A stretch of 64,000 bases of DNA from the human T2T-CHM13v2.0 reference genome, Homo sapiens, in NCBI RefSeq assembly GCF_009914755.1, contig NC_060934.1, one strand, 5' to 3'. Shown piece after piece: positions 26,266-39,442 of this stretch (within the stretch, counting starts at the first letter, position 1; the number at the start of each line of letters is the position of its first letter). A program made the translations under genes and the position numbers. A model generated the notes under the pieces. It was not told the DNA's origin, did not search any database, and saw only the letters and a list, made by a program, of their open reading frames with translations.

Positions 26266-28952
26266 CAGTGTTCCCCAACCTTTTTGGCACCAGAAACCAG
26301 TTTCATGGAAGACAGTTTTTCCATGGACTGAGGTGGGGGATGCTTTGAGGATGATTCAAGGGCATTACATTTATTGTACACTTCATTTATATTATTACAT
26401 TGTAATAATAATACAATAGTTATACAACTCACCATAATGTAGAATCACTGGGAGCTCTGAGCTTGTTTTCCTGCAACTAGATGGTCCCATCTGGGGGTGA
26501 TGGGAGACAGCGACACCCAAAGTGTGTTGCTTATGTCCAGTCTACACCATAATCTCATTTTGATTGCTGTCGCTGCAGAAAACCCTGCTTCACAAACATA
26601 AGATGTTGGAAATGGAAGCAGGCTTTTCAGTGCTTTTGTGGCAAACTCAGGATATTCCATCTTGATTTTAATTCAGAACATACGGAGGTTTGAAGTTGTC
26701 TCAAACATACTTTTAAGGTCATCACCATTTGTGATTTCAAGCAATTGACCCTCTTCTAGCATGGACAAAGTCGATTCACCTGGCTTATTAACAAGTGGGT
26801 CGCGGATCCATTCCTTTCCAGTTCGCGGGTATTTTATGGTTGGGAAGTAATACTCAAACTCTTTGAAAGCTGAGATAGATGATCATGCACCAGCTGGGAG
26901 AAAGAAGGCCCTGGCTCCATCTCTTTCAAACTCTCTGCTAATGTTTGAAACATGTCAGAAATTCCAATGTTCACTCATCGCCCCCATAATTCCAGTTTGG
27001 CTTTGATTGCGGTTACTGTATCTGCCGACTTGAACACAGTTGTCATTCTCCCCTGAAGTGACAGATTGAGTTAGTTGAGCAGGTTGAAAACGTCACACAA
27101 GTTAAGCAAGTTTTGCAACGCATTCTGTGTCATTGAAATGTGCTGCCAGTGATGACTGTTTTTCTAAAAGAAATCTCTGGAGCAGCTGTCGTGACTCAAA
27201 AACTCTGGCCACTGATCCAACTCTAGAAAGCCATCTCACTTCGGTGTATGAGAAGGCATGTGTGCTGTGTGTCCATCTCCTCTCAGAGCTGCACAAACAG
27301 ACATGAGTTAAGGGCATGTACTTTAATGCGGTTAATTTTAATCACATCCTGCAAAACATTATGTCTAGGTGACGTTTCTCAGCTAACCAGCATTTTATCA
27401 TGGATGACACAGTGCATAGACTCAGACTGAGAAGCAACCTCTTTGACCTGGGTAGCAAAACCAGAAAGCCAACCAGTCATGGCAGCTGCTCTGTTCATAA
27501 ATATACTGACACAAAATGACCAGTTCAGATTTCCCGATAGACTTGAATAGTTCTGCAGCTGTGCTGTTGGTTGGCAACAAAAGTGCACATAACATACCCT
27601 CATGCACATCCTCCCGAAAAATGTATCTCACAAAAACAAGCATTATTGCCTTATTGTCAATATTGGTAGGCTCATCAACCTGGATTGCATACCATGGTGA
27701 CTCATTAATCTTCTCTACCAGTTGTGCCTCAGTATCCTCTGCTATTCATCAAATCGTCTAGTTATGTTGCTAGCCAAAAGAGGAACGTGTGCTATCTTTC
27801 GAACTGCAGCCTCTCCTAAAAGTTCATGACAAATGTCCTTAGCAGCAGGCAGGATCATCTGTTTACCAACAGTAAAGGGCTTCGGAGCTTCAGCGCTGTG
27901 GTTAGCCACTGAATGATGCTGTCAGTGCAGACACATTTGATGAAGTGGTGGCCTTCAATGATTTCTTCTGTTCTTTGTGTTCACGTGTTTTTCTATTGAA
28001 AAACTCCAAAGGCTTGTCTTTTAATTCAGCATGCTTGGTCTCCATGTGGCAAAGCAGTTTTGAAGGCTTCATGGCTTCTTCGTTGGATAGCCGGTCACCA
28101 CATATTATACAAAAAGGGCTTGGAGAATGTAAATCACCTGTTGTGCTGAACCCATAATTTAAGTAGTATTCTTGGTATTTTATTTTAAATGCAACTTTCC
28201 TTTTGTTGGCATTCTTAGAGTCTTCTGCTGTCTCATCATTGGGTCTTTCCCCCTCTTCAAAGAAACTCTCCAGTTACATTTGTTTTCACTCATTTGTGCT
28301 AGGGTTAGCTTGTGGGCTTACCAAAACTCTGACTGAGACAAATGTGCAGTGCAGGGAAAGAGGCATGGATGGAGTGGTAAATAAACTAATAAACTAAATA
28401 AACTAATAGGTGGGCCATGCATGGACTAAAATTAGTGTCGGATTCTGACTTAAATCCTGCCACCAGATGCAGCTGTACAATTGAAGTACATCAACCCACT
28501 TGCCACTATAAAGCCTGCCACCAGATGCAGCTTAATTGTCACTTACCATTCACTGATAGGGTTTTGATATGAGTCTACAAGCAGTTGATTTGTTATGGTC
28601 TCTATGCAGTCAAAGCTCTCTGCTAAGGTTAATCTGTATTTGAAGCCACTCCCCTCAGTGTTGGCATCACTGCTGCAGTTCCACCTCTGATCATCAGGCA
28701 TTAGATTCTCATAAGGAGCATGCAACCTAGATCCCTTGAGTGTGCAGTTCACAATAGCGTTCGCGCTCCTGTGAGAACTAATGCTGCTGCTGATCTGACA
28801 GGAGGTGGAGCTCGGGTGGTAATGCCAGTGATGGAGAGTGGCATAAATGCAGATGAAGCTTTGCTTGCTTGCCTGTTACTCACCTCATGCTGTGTGTGAG
28901 GAACATGTTTGTAACCAGTACCTCTCCATGGCCCAGGAATAGAGGACCCCTG
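26266..28952 (-). mobile_element. Full-length Charlie3 (autonomous MER1-family hAT transposon) fossil
   Basis: MER1-type ends cagtgttccccaacctttttggcaccag... and ...gaggacccctg. 8-bp TSD ctctaaag / ctgtaaag. 2687 bp with an internal decayed transposase. Confidence 0.92.
26445..28293 (-). pseudogene. Charlie3 hAT transposase remnant (Buster/ZBED5/FAM200-like), frameshifted
   Basis: BED finger PFCIICGDRLSNEEAMKPSKLLCHMETKH; catalytic D1 motif YAIQVDEPTN; MHCVIH; EVRWLSR; hATC region LLPFPTSYVCEAGFS...AGKQAQSSQ*. Spread over several reading frames. Confidence 0.9.
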
Positions 28953-29029
28953 CTGTAAAGGATAGAAAAGCAGGTTACAAGTTTCTCCCTTATTTGCATT
29001 ATTATCCCAGATTGCAGTAACATCTAAAT

Positions 29030-29258
29030 GAAGCTTGTCCAACCTGCGGCTGGTGAACCACATGCAGCCCAGGACAGCTGTGAATGTGGCCCAACACAAA
29101 TTTGTAAACTTTCTTGAAACATTATGAGATTTTTTTTTTTTGCAATTTTTCTTTTAAGCTTATCAGCAATCGTTAGTATTAATGTACTATATGTGTGGCC
29201 CAAGACAGTTCTTCTTCTTCTAATATGGCCCAGGGAAGCCAAAGATTGGATACCCCTG
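29030..29258 (-). mobile_element. MER30 (hAT-Charlie MITE), full length
   Basis: aagcttgtccaacctgcggc...ggcccaacacaaatttgtaaactttctt...ggcccagggaagccaaagattggatacccctg. Confidence 0.9.
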
Positions 29259-30619
29259 ATCCTAGCAGATTAGAAAACAGTAAAGAAAGAGTTTGTTATA
29301 AACAGTGACCCCCATGTGATTTTAAAGAATATACTGTACAGGTTGTTTTGGGGATGCAACGGGAAAAATGCTGTCATTCAACTGTCTGCTGGAAACTCAG
29401 AAACTCTTGGTATTTGGAATTATGTAAATAGGACTTTGAAAAATAGGCTGAATTTTTTCCAATGATTTTATGAGCTTGTGCACGTGCACACCCATCGCAG
29501 TCAAGTACAGATAGCTTTAGGAGTGGGAAGCTCAGGAAGCAAACTTTGCTTTTCCCCTCTGTTCTTACATTAGCATCCATTCTAATTGTTGCTTATTTGG
29601 GGCAGCTAGGTTAATCGTATCTATCTGTTGTCCCCTACTGAGCTGATATTTTCTTTCACTGTAAGGTGTTTCCTAATTACTTTGTGAATAAAATTTTTTA
29701 GATTGAGTATAAAATTGAGCCCAAAGTTATGCTTGTAGCTAAAAATATGCTCTATTTAATGGTTCAGTTGGGGCCAGTTGTTTTATGTAAGGAACTCTGA
29801 TTGGGCTGTGGTAAAACTGCACTTACTGACGCATGCCTCTCCTTGCTGGTGAAATTAATTTGGAATATGGTGAGTCCATAAAGACAGAGGAGTAAATGTT
29901 TCCCTTTTTAAACAGTAGTTTTCTTGGTTCCATTGTAGGAGTAATGCTTTGAGCCCTTAGTATTTTCCAAACTCTTATCAGCCTCTATAAAATTCCTATT
30001 TTTAGAGATTATGTCCAATGTAATGAATCTTGTTTATAAACTCATGTAGTCTTTACATTTAGTTTTTTATCAATAGATTTGGACCACTATGCTTAAAGCT
30101 AATCAGCAAGTGATTCTGACTAGCAGAACACCTTTGAATTTGAGCAAACGTACTGTGGTTCCAATTGTTGTCACTCAGAGGTACAAGAAGAGTTGAATTA
30201 ATTCTCAGTGGCCTGAGTAAAGATCTAGAGGCAACCACTCACATATTTTAAAATAATAATAATAATTCTCTTGGAATTCTTCCAGGTCTGTTTTATTAAC
30301 TTCCTACTTTCTATACTAAAAGAAAAAAATAGATTAGTAATATTGTTAACCTGATGATGATAGAAGACTTACTCTTTTTAAACAAATTTTCACCCTTTCT
30401 AACAGTTTAGCTGAACATCCTGAAGCAAGCGAGGGAAAATATAAAGCATTGCAAACTCAAAAGCACATATAAATCAAGTCACTTAAAATAATGGACTCAA
30501 GAAAAAAAAGAAAACATGATATTCCTGGTGAAGCTTTTGTTTTCACAACAAAATTTTCCCTGGTTACAGAAAAATATTTCTGAAGTATAAAAAAGTGAAG
30601 GCATAAACATGATAATGAA

Positions 30620-30920
30620 TGACAACTGGCATCTTCATTATGGGGATAGAAGAGATTGGTGTGGTCTGTGGCAAAATGAAGAATGCATGCCCTGTCTTAT
30701 CAGACATTATGCTCAGCTCCAGCAGATGGTTATCATTTGGGGAGTCAGAGCCGGCAGTTTTAGATTTTACTTTTTTCCCCAAAGAAGCCAAATCCAGATT
30801 TTTAACATGAAATGTCCCGGCTTATAAATGTTGGCTCAATTTTTTTGGACAGCATGTAGACCAAACAAAATTGATCCATAAGCTATTTGGCCTATTGGTT
30901 GTCAATTGATGACCCCTCCA
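30620..30920 (-). mobile_element. MER102-like hAT-Charlie fragment
   Basis: ggtctgtggcaaaatgaagaatgcatgccctgtct...aagaagccaaatccagattttt...tataaatgttggc. Confidence 0.5.
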
Positions 30921-31771
30921 CTGTAGATTTTCTAACAAGAACAGATGGAACATTTTCTTTGCTAACCAGGGTAATAATTTAGAAGGGCTCTGGAACCCCC
31001 TCTTTTGAGGAAGCAGAACCCTCATGTCAGGATTTAATAAAAAATGTTTTGGTCATTAATTTATAAAATTTCATAGAATGCAAAAGTTTCTGGATTGATG
31101 ACATATCACTTAGCTTGGAGAAGGAAGACAAGATAACTAAGGCAGAATGAAATGTGTGTTTCAATAGAGATTTGGACAAAGCTCTGTGACAGTAATAAAC
31201 CTACCCTAGGTACTAGCAAAGCTTCACAAAGGAAGTAACAAAAAAATGAGACTCTGAAATATTAATAGGATTTTTATAGAAAAAGAAGAGAGGATTTGCC
31301 AAGGGAGGAAAAAGTATAAGCATCTCTACAGTTACATTGTGGGCTTTGCTAAGTCTTAAGATGGTGATTGATTGGGTATAATTGGAAAGTAGGATACATG
31401 AGAACATATAATTAGGGCCAAAGGGACCTCAAATATCAGTCTACACATCTAAAACTTGATTATATAGTTAGGGGAGCCATTCAGGTTTAGACCAGGGAAG
31501 ATACATCATCTGATCTGAGATTATCTGATCTGCATGTTCTTATTCCAAATCTTGGTTTGAGTTCCCTTAAAGTAATTGGACACTTTCTGTAAGGAATTGG
31601 ATAAAAATAAGGACCCTACCTAGATACTGGCTAAAAAGCTATATGATATCTGGAGATACTGACAATTCTTAAGAATCGACTTTACACTAGTCATGATAAA
31701 TCACATCCTTGTGATTTCCAGATGAAGCTAGAAAGCAATGTTCAAGAGGCTATCAGAATACCTGGTAATTT

Positions 31772-32143
31772 CATGGAATACTACACAGCCATAAAAAAGA
31801 ATGAGATTTTATCCTTTGCAGCAACATGGATGAAGATGGAGGCCATTATTCTAAGAAAACTAAACTAATTCAGGAACAGAAAATGAAACACTACATATTC
31901 TCACTTGTAAGTGGGAGCTAAACATTGAATTCACATGGACACAAAGAAGAGAACAATATACACCAGGGCATACTTGAGGGAGGTGGGTGGGAGGAAGCTA
32001 AGGATTGAAAAACAACCTGTTAGGTACTATGCTTATTATCTGGCTGACAAAATAATATGCACACCAAACCCCCATGACATGTAATTTATGTATAAAAACA
32101 ACCTGTGCACATACCCCTGAAACTGAAATAAATGTTAAGAAAA
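31772..32143 (+). mobile_element. L1PA16/17-type 3' end
   Basis: catggaatactacacagccataaaaaagaatgag...caccaaacccccatgacatg. TSD agaat(a/g)cctggtaattt at 31755-31771 and 32144-32160. Confidence 0.92.
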
Positions 32144-34116
32144 AGAATGCCTGGTAATTTGACTGGCATGCAGAACATAATAGCCTGTCCTGCATTTGGG
32201 TTCTGTGCAGAGAATATTGCACCTCTATTAGAATCAACTAATATAAGTCATGAAAACAAAAATTGATGGAATTAGGTTGAAATAGACTGGAAAGGAAATG
32301 TGATGACCTTAATTATTTTAGCAAAAAAAAAAAAAAAAAGAGGTTAGATATATGAAGTTGCCACAGTATGAAAGTGGAATGAAAATGCAATATGTAAATA
32401 TAAGCTAATAAAAGTGTCCTTTTTTATATTAAAACATGTATTCAAAATAAGAGCAAAAATATTTTACCAATCATGAGAAAATTGTCTTAAAGAGAAAGTA
32501 CAGGATTAAATAAATTTTTTTTCTTCCCAAAATGCCCGTGGCCAAAACTCACTTGTGGGTCAGGTGTCATAAAAGGCACCTTTTGACCATACTTGGGTGT
32601 TGATTAGAAAAATCAACCATTGTGCCAAATTATAATTAAATAAAACATGTCCTAGACAGATGGCCATTTTGGCACAATTGGCATGAACAATGTATGAATT
32701 AATGTGAATTGCTTTAACACATGATTTCTGTCTTCCAAGAAACTTAATGTAGAATCCATGTGACTCCTGCTCATCAACTCAACAGTAACTGTGGGTCTAG
32801 ATTAATCACTTTGTTTATCATTTGCCAATTGCTCATTTAGATGCTTTAGAGACAGGGAAACAATTTAGCTAAGCAATATTAAATAAATAGTCCAAGATCA
32901 CAATAAAGAAAATAAAAATGATAAATCTTCAGCTTCTAATATTTTGCACAGTTAATAGAGCAGTGCAAAAAATGAATTCCTATAAGGCTACTGAAACAAA
33001 TTCATCATAAAGTAAAGGGGTACCTTGGTTGAAGTAAATAAATCAGGAAATCTATGGTAGCACTTAACATTTATGATGAAATTTATGAAGTCATAAATAA
33101 ATGGGAAACTTCTGTTAGGTGGCTTGGTCTTATTTTTATTTTATTTCTTTAAAGCATAAGCTGCTTTAAGTTTTTTTTAGAAGTAAGTGGAGTTTAAATG
33201 CAAGAGTTTGCATATCCGCTTTTTATGCCTCACACTTCTTGACTTATGAATATATTTGACAATTGATTTTAGAAGAGGGAAATGACACCGCCCTAGGACT
33301 TTGGAAATCTTGGCTTTGCCTTTAGCTTCTTCAGCAGTCAGCTATATTCAAAAGCAAAACCATTGATTCTCCATAATCAATTCTGTAAATTAACAGGGTT
33401 AGATAAAAAATATTTGGATCCTATGCATCATATAATTGGTTATTCTGTTCATGTTTTATTTAGTTACATTAATAACTGGAATTGAGAGTGCAAGAGTAAG
33501 CTGACCGATATTAAACATCTCCATGAGAACACAGCTATGTGAGTGAGAACATCAAATATTGTGCATGATATAAAACAGTGCTCAATAATTACTTAATTAA
33601 CTAGTGGTTCTAGGCCACCCTAAGAGCTTGAAGTGATTTGGATATTTCACATGGAATGATGAGCTTTGGGCACTTGGATAAGATCTGGGAAGGCTGTACC
33701 CAGGCAAATAGAAGGGGCTTTTCATTTGACCATCTGTCCAGCCAGAACGTAAAGATCTATTTGGCTCATTCCTGGCTGATTCAGCTTATGGCTTTAGTTT
33801 GTTACTTTTAACTAATCAATTTCCTTTTCTTTTATTTTGAGCTATTTTCACCTGTATCAAATTCTTTGCTGTGATAGGTAGCAAACGAGGAGAACAGTGT
33901 GAGTTACTTGATGGTTTACTTTCCTTGAGTTTTATTCTTCACAGGGAAATTCTTGACTAGAGAGAATAAGGCACCCATTACTAAATCTTAGCAACAAATT
34001 GGATTGGCTATAGACAGTGCCTACTTTAGCAGCTGGACATCTTGTGATGATCCAATATGGTGGTTCATTTTTGAGGCTTTTCTTCTAAAAACCTTCTCCA
34101 TAAAAAGTGATTGTCA

Positions 34117-34977
34117 TTTAAAAAACCCCATTAAAATATAGGCAAAGAACATGAACAAACACTTCTCAAAAGAAGACATACTTGCAGCCAAGAAACATAT
34201 GGAAAAAAAAAGCTCAACATCATTAAATAAATGCAAATCAAAACCACGATGAGATATCATCTCACACCAGTCAGAATGGCAATTATTAAAAAGTCAAAAA
34301 AACAACAGATTTTGGAGAGGTTGTGGAGAAAAAGGAATTCCTTTACACTGTTGGTGGGAGTGTAAATTAGTTCAGCCATTGTGGAAGACAGTGTGGCAAT
34401 TCCTCAAAGACCTAGAGGCAGAAATACCATTTGACCCAGCAATCCCATTACTGGGTATATGCTGAAAGGAACATAAATCATTCTATTATAAAGATACGCA
34501 TATGTATGCGTTCATTGCAGTATTATTCACAATAACAAAGATGTAGAATCAATGTAAAGGTTGATCAATGATAGACTAGATAAAGAAAATGTTGTATATA
34601 TACACCATGGAATACCTTGCAGCCGTTAAAAGGAACGAGATTATGTCCTCTGAAGAGACATGGATGGAGTTGGAAGCCATTATCCTCAGCAAACTAATGC
34701 AGGAACAGAAAACCAAATACTGCATGTTCTCACTTACAAGTGGGAGCTGAATGATGAGAACACATAGACACATGGGGGGAAACTACACACACTGGGGCCT
34801 GTTGGGCAGGGGGTGGAAGGAGTGAGAGCATCAGGAATAATGGCTAATGGATGCTGGGCTTAATACTTAGGTGATGGGATGATCTGTGCAGCAAACCACC
34901 ATGGCACATGTTAGCCTATGTAACAAACCTGCACATCCTGCATGTGTATCCCTGAACTTAAAATAGAAGTTGAAGAC
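34117..34977 (+). mobile_element. L1PA (approx. L1PA13-15) 3' end
   Basis: ORF2 end plus 3' UTR. TSD aaaaagtgattgtca at 34102-34116 and 34978-34992. Confidence 0.94.
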
Positions 34978-36189
34978 AAAAAGTGATTGTCAGCCTGGGC
35001 CCTTGGAAATATGAAATAATGAAAGTAGCTAAGTGCAGTTGAGTGAGAAAGGAAACAAGACGAGAGATCCCCAATTTGCCTAGATATAAGTAAGCATTGT
35101 AGGTCTTTCACCAATTAAATGATCTTAACAATTTAGAGTTATGATTGAAAATTCTATTGGCTAGTACTAATAAACTTTTTACAAAAGTAAAAATTTTACA
35201 GGAGAAATCATATGGTCTGGCTGAATCTCTTTTTCTGTGAAGTTTCTGAAAAATTGACTAGCAGTTTTATTATTTTAGATAAGTATACTCCATTTTGGAA
35301 TCTCATCTTAAAATAGTAATGGAAGTCTTATTTTGAAGTCACAGCCGTAAAGACACACTCCAAGCAATTCTCACAGTGCTGAGTCTCCCAAATGAGTGAG
35401 CATGTGGTGTGTGTAGCTTGGTGGTGAGCAGATGAGCAGAAACGTAACTTAGCTGCTCTAAGCAACCACAAGGAAAGATATATTATAAATATTCAATATT
35501 TGATATGCAGTTGAATTTTATTATGCATTCATCAAATCATTGCTGTGCCAAATGCTCCAGTTTGGAAACCACAAAGAGAAATAAGACATTGATTCTTTGT
35601 CGCAAGCTGTCTCTGATGTTCATGTACTTTGACTGCCGTCTTCAAAAGGCATATAGATAACCAAGAAATTCTTTGTTATAATATGGAATATAAAGCACAA
35701 GAGTTACAATGGGAATAATATGTGCAGGAGAGCCTGTCTCTTCAGTGGAATCATGGAGGAGAAGGAAGCAGGAAGTAATCATTTGTCGGTTCAGCTAGTT
35801 AATTTGAAATAATGACACATTGAAACCATTATTTCCCAATTAACTAAGACTTGAAAGAAGAAAGTCAACTAACTAATTAAGGTTAAGAATAAAAAGGATA
35901 TACTCATTATTAATGAATGAAAATGAAATACCTTAAATGGCCCATAGGGACAGACAAGGACATGCCTCTTCAAAGAAGATTGTAAGTTCTACATAAGAAC
36001 AGCCACTATCTTTATACACTACAGAATTAAGAAGGAAGACTGTGGATTGACCTTAAACACTGTAATGTTTTTTAAGGAATTGCTTTGGATTTTTTTTTCA
36101 GCAGTTTTAAAATAATTTTTATGTATCTTAGAATAGAAGAGGTGAGGATTGAGGCTATTTATAAGTCATATATAAAACAAGACATGAGA

Positions 36190-36547
<358 letters not shown>

Positions 36548-36764
36548 CTATTTAAAAGCTAAGTTAACTCTGAGCTTCCTGGAAGCCAAATTTTAAAACC
36601 TAAAACATTACTCCTTATCTTTAATTTTTCAGTCAAAAGAATAAATAAATTACTTGTGAGAAATAAACTTTTTATGCCACAGAATTCCAAATCAAAGTCC
36701 ATATACAGATTTATATATAAATTATTTTATTAAGAATTAATTATAAAATGATATTTACATAATG

Positions 36765-36843
36765 TTAGGTTGGTGTAAAAGTAATTGTGGTTTTTGCCAT
36801 TACTTTTAATGCAAAAACCACAACTACTTTTGCGCCAACCTAA
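36765..36843. mobile_element. MADE1 (Hsmar1 MITE), copy 1
   Basis: ttaggttggtgtaaaagtaattgtggtttttgccattacttttaatgcaaaaaccacaactacttttgcgccaacctaa followed by TA; ~80-bp palindrome. Confidence 0.95.
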
Positions 36844-36959
36844 TAAAAGCTTTGCCTTATTTGATAAAGCTTTTGAATCTTTGGAAGCATCTAAATTAAT
36901 CATTTTTCTATTCAAGAGTATTGCTTTCCTTTGTTTCTGGCCTCTTAGCTGCATGACTA

Positions 36960-37105
36960 TCAGTCAGTGACTTCTCACAGCCTTAGTCTCTGGATCTACA
37001 AAATAAGTATCCTGGTGCCTTTCTCAAGGAATGGTTGTAAAGATTAAAAGAGGTAATGCACCAAAAGCAAAATCTCTGAAACAGTAGTTGTTCAATAAAG
37101 CTAAG
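36960..37105 (+). mobile_element. MIR SINE fragment
   Basis: gtgacttc...gccttagt...atctacaaaat...ggttgtaaagattaaaagaggtaatgca...tcaataaa. Confidence 0.6.
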
Positions 37106-38642
37106 GTGCTTCAGTCTTCATTGTCATTGTCCTCAACATCATCATCACCATTTCTACCACAACACTTCCAGAGACCTGCAATGTATCTTCCAATTGTACA
37201 TGGTAGATGGGGGGAAATGAAGTCTTATTTCAGTGCAGCTGGCCGCCCTGCTTATCATAGCATTACATGTATTCAGGAGTACCTAGAACATAAATCATTA
37301 AACCAGCAGTAGTCCCTGATAAGAACTACATTAGGTTTTATGATGTCAAGAATCTGAAGCTACCAGAGGAAAGCTGATTTATAGTTCTCTCAACACCTGA
37401 TTTTTTTAAAAAAAATTGGTTTTTCAATTTCGATTTTCTCCTTTCTTTTCTGACATGGTGGAGCTTGTACGTGCAAGAATAATGTTAATTGACTGGAGTA
37501 GGAAAAACAAGAGAAAGTAAATCAGAAAATATGTATAAAGGATTGACCAACACTAACACACTGGTTATCTTTCTCATTTGTCCTATTGCAGCTGTGAATT
37601 ATTTTTTCTTGTTAAAGAGGGAGAAGATGCTTCCAGAAAAAAAATTAAAACCATCTGACTACATTTTTAGGGTGTCTCTGGAGATTTAAGGCTGAGATTT
37701 GAATTTTTTTTAAGTTACTGAGTCCTTCAAGTTTAGGAAGTGAGGCTTTAGAATACTCTCAAATTAGTAGTTCAAATTCTCTATGTAGCTTTTAAACTAG
37801 CAAAGTTCTTTGGCATTGCTCTTAGCAAGTAAGCAATAGATGTATATGTCTCTTTTTATGTTTGGTCAGAATAAAAGACATGACTTTGGAATAAAATATT
37901 TATTCTCTCTAAATATCCAAGTCTCTCTTTTGTATTTTTTCACGTTTACCTTTTTTGTTTGCTTGCTGAATTTGTAGAGTTTTGTAACCCTGACTATACT
38001 GTCACATTAGGCAAATACATGCCATTAGTGGTCAAAGTGTAGATGAGGGATATAGATAAAGAAACAAATATAATAAGATAAAAAAAAATCAGATAATCAG
38101 AAAAAAGCCCTTTATAATACTGCAAAATGAGTGAATTAAACAATCATAAATGACTTCCAAGATTAAAAAAAATTATCCTGGGTTAGCATCCAGAAGTGAC
38201 TGGGGAGAGAAAAACAATAAACAATGAGCTGTGCTCAGGGGTTTCCAATAGATTTAGTGCCGCTCTCAAGAGTTCATGAGTGGAGAACATTACCACCACC
38301 ACCACATTAATTGTCCTGAGTCCCTGCTTCTTGCGGTTGCAAATCCTATGGGCCATTGAGGGGACTAGTGGGCTGTTCACATCAATCATCAGACAGGAAC
38401 GGAACAAACTCCAAGGTGATGAATTTTTTAGTCTACAGGTAAGGTAGTGGATAATGATAAACAAATGATGTCTTCTCCAAGAGAGAGAATATTTCTGCTG
38501 GAGTCTGTGCTCACATGGATGCCTTGTGCTTTTTGGACCCCCTAAACAGTCTCCATCTTGGCAGTCTCTTGCCATGCTCGATCAGCTGGTTTTTTGGAGG
38601 CAATGGGCATTCTTTCTTAGGCAACGTCCAAGTGATCGTCTA

Positions 38643-38721
38643 TTAGATTGGTGCAAAAGTAATTGCGGTTGTTGCCACTGAAAGTAATGGCAAAACCGCG
38701 ATGACTTTTGCACCAGTCTAA
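38643..38721. mobile_element. MADE1 (Hsmar1 MITE), copy 2
   Basis: TA-ttagattggtgcaaaagtaattgcggttgttgccactgaaagtaatggcaaaaccgcgatgacttttgcaccagtctaa-TA. Confidence 0.96.
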
Positions 38722-39130
38722 TAGCTATACTGGCTCACTGCTAACCTCCCACCATCTTTTGTACTCATCGCCGTTCTTTTTAAAAATGTAGACAAATTAT
38801 ATTTTTCCCCTCAACTTTTTTTCTCCAGAGGTGTTTATTTCCTTTAACTTTCCTCCTTTGGAACCCCGTTCTCTTATTTCTTAACAACTGATCTAGATTG
38901 CTCATTCAAACCAGGGCTGAAAATCAATCAGAAAAAGCAGTTCTGTTTCCCTTGAAGAAAAGGCTTACTTTTTAAACTATGCAAAGGTGAAAGGGGGAAT
39001 ATTTGCAGTCCATTCGTGGTAAATCAATTATAAAAATAGCTAGTATTTATTGAGCAACTACTCTGTCAGTTACTTGTTCTACATTTCATAGAACTTAAAG
39101 TTCTACAAAATAGAATTTAAAATAGAACTT

Positions 39131-39442
<312 letters not shown>

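Noticed and set aside
29477-29490. 14-bp palindrome tgtgcacgtgcaca with a central E-box
   Set aside because: A few palindromes with 7-bp arms are expected by chance in 64 kb, and there is no other support.
38183-38575. 130-aa minus-strand ORF in unique DNA
   Set aside because: No recognisable domain or homology; length is compatible with chance.
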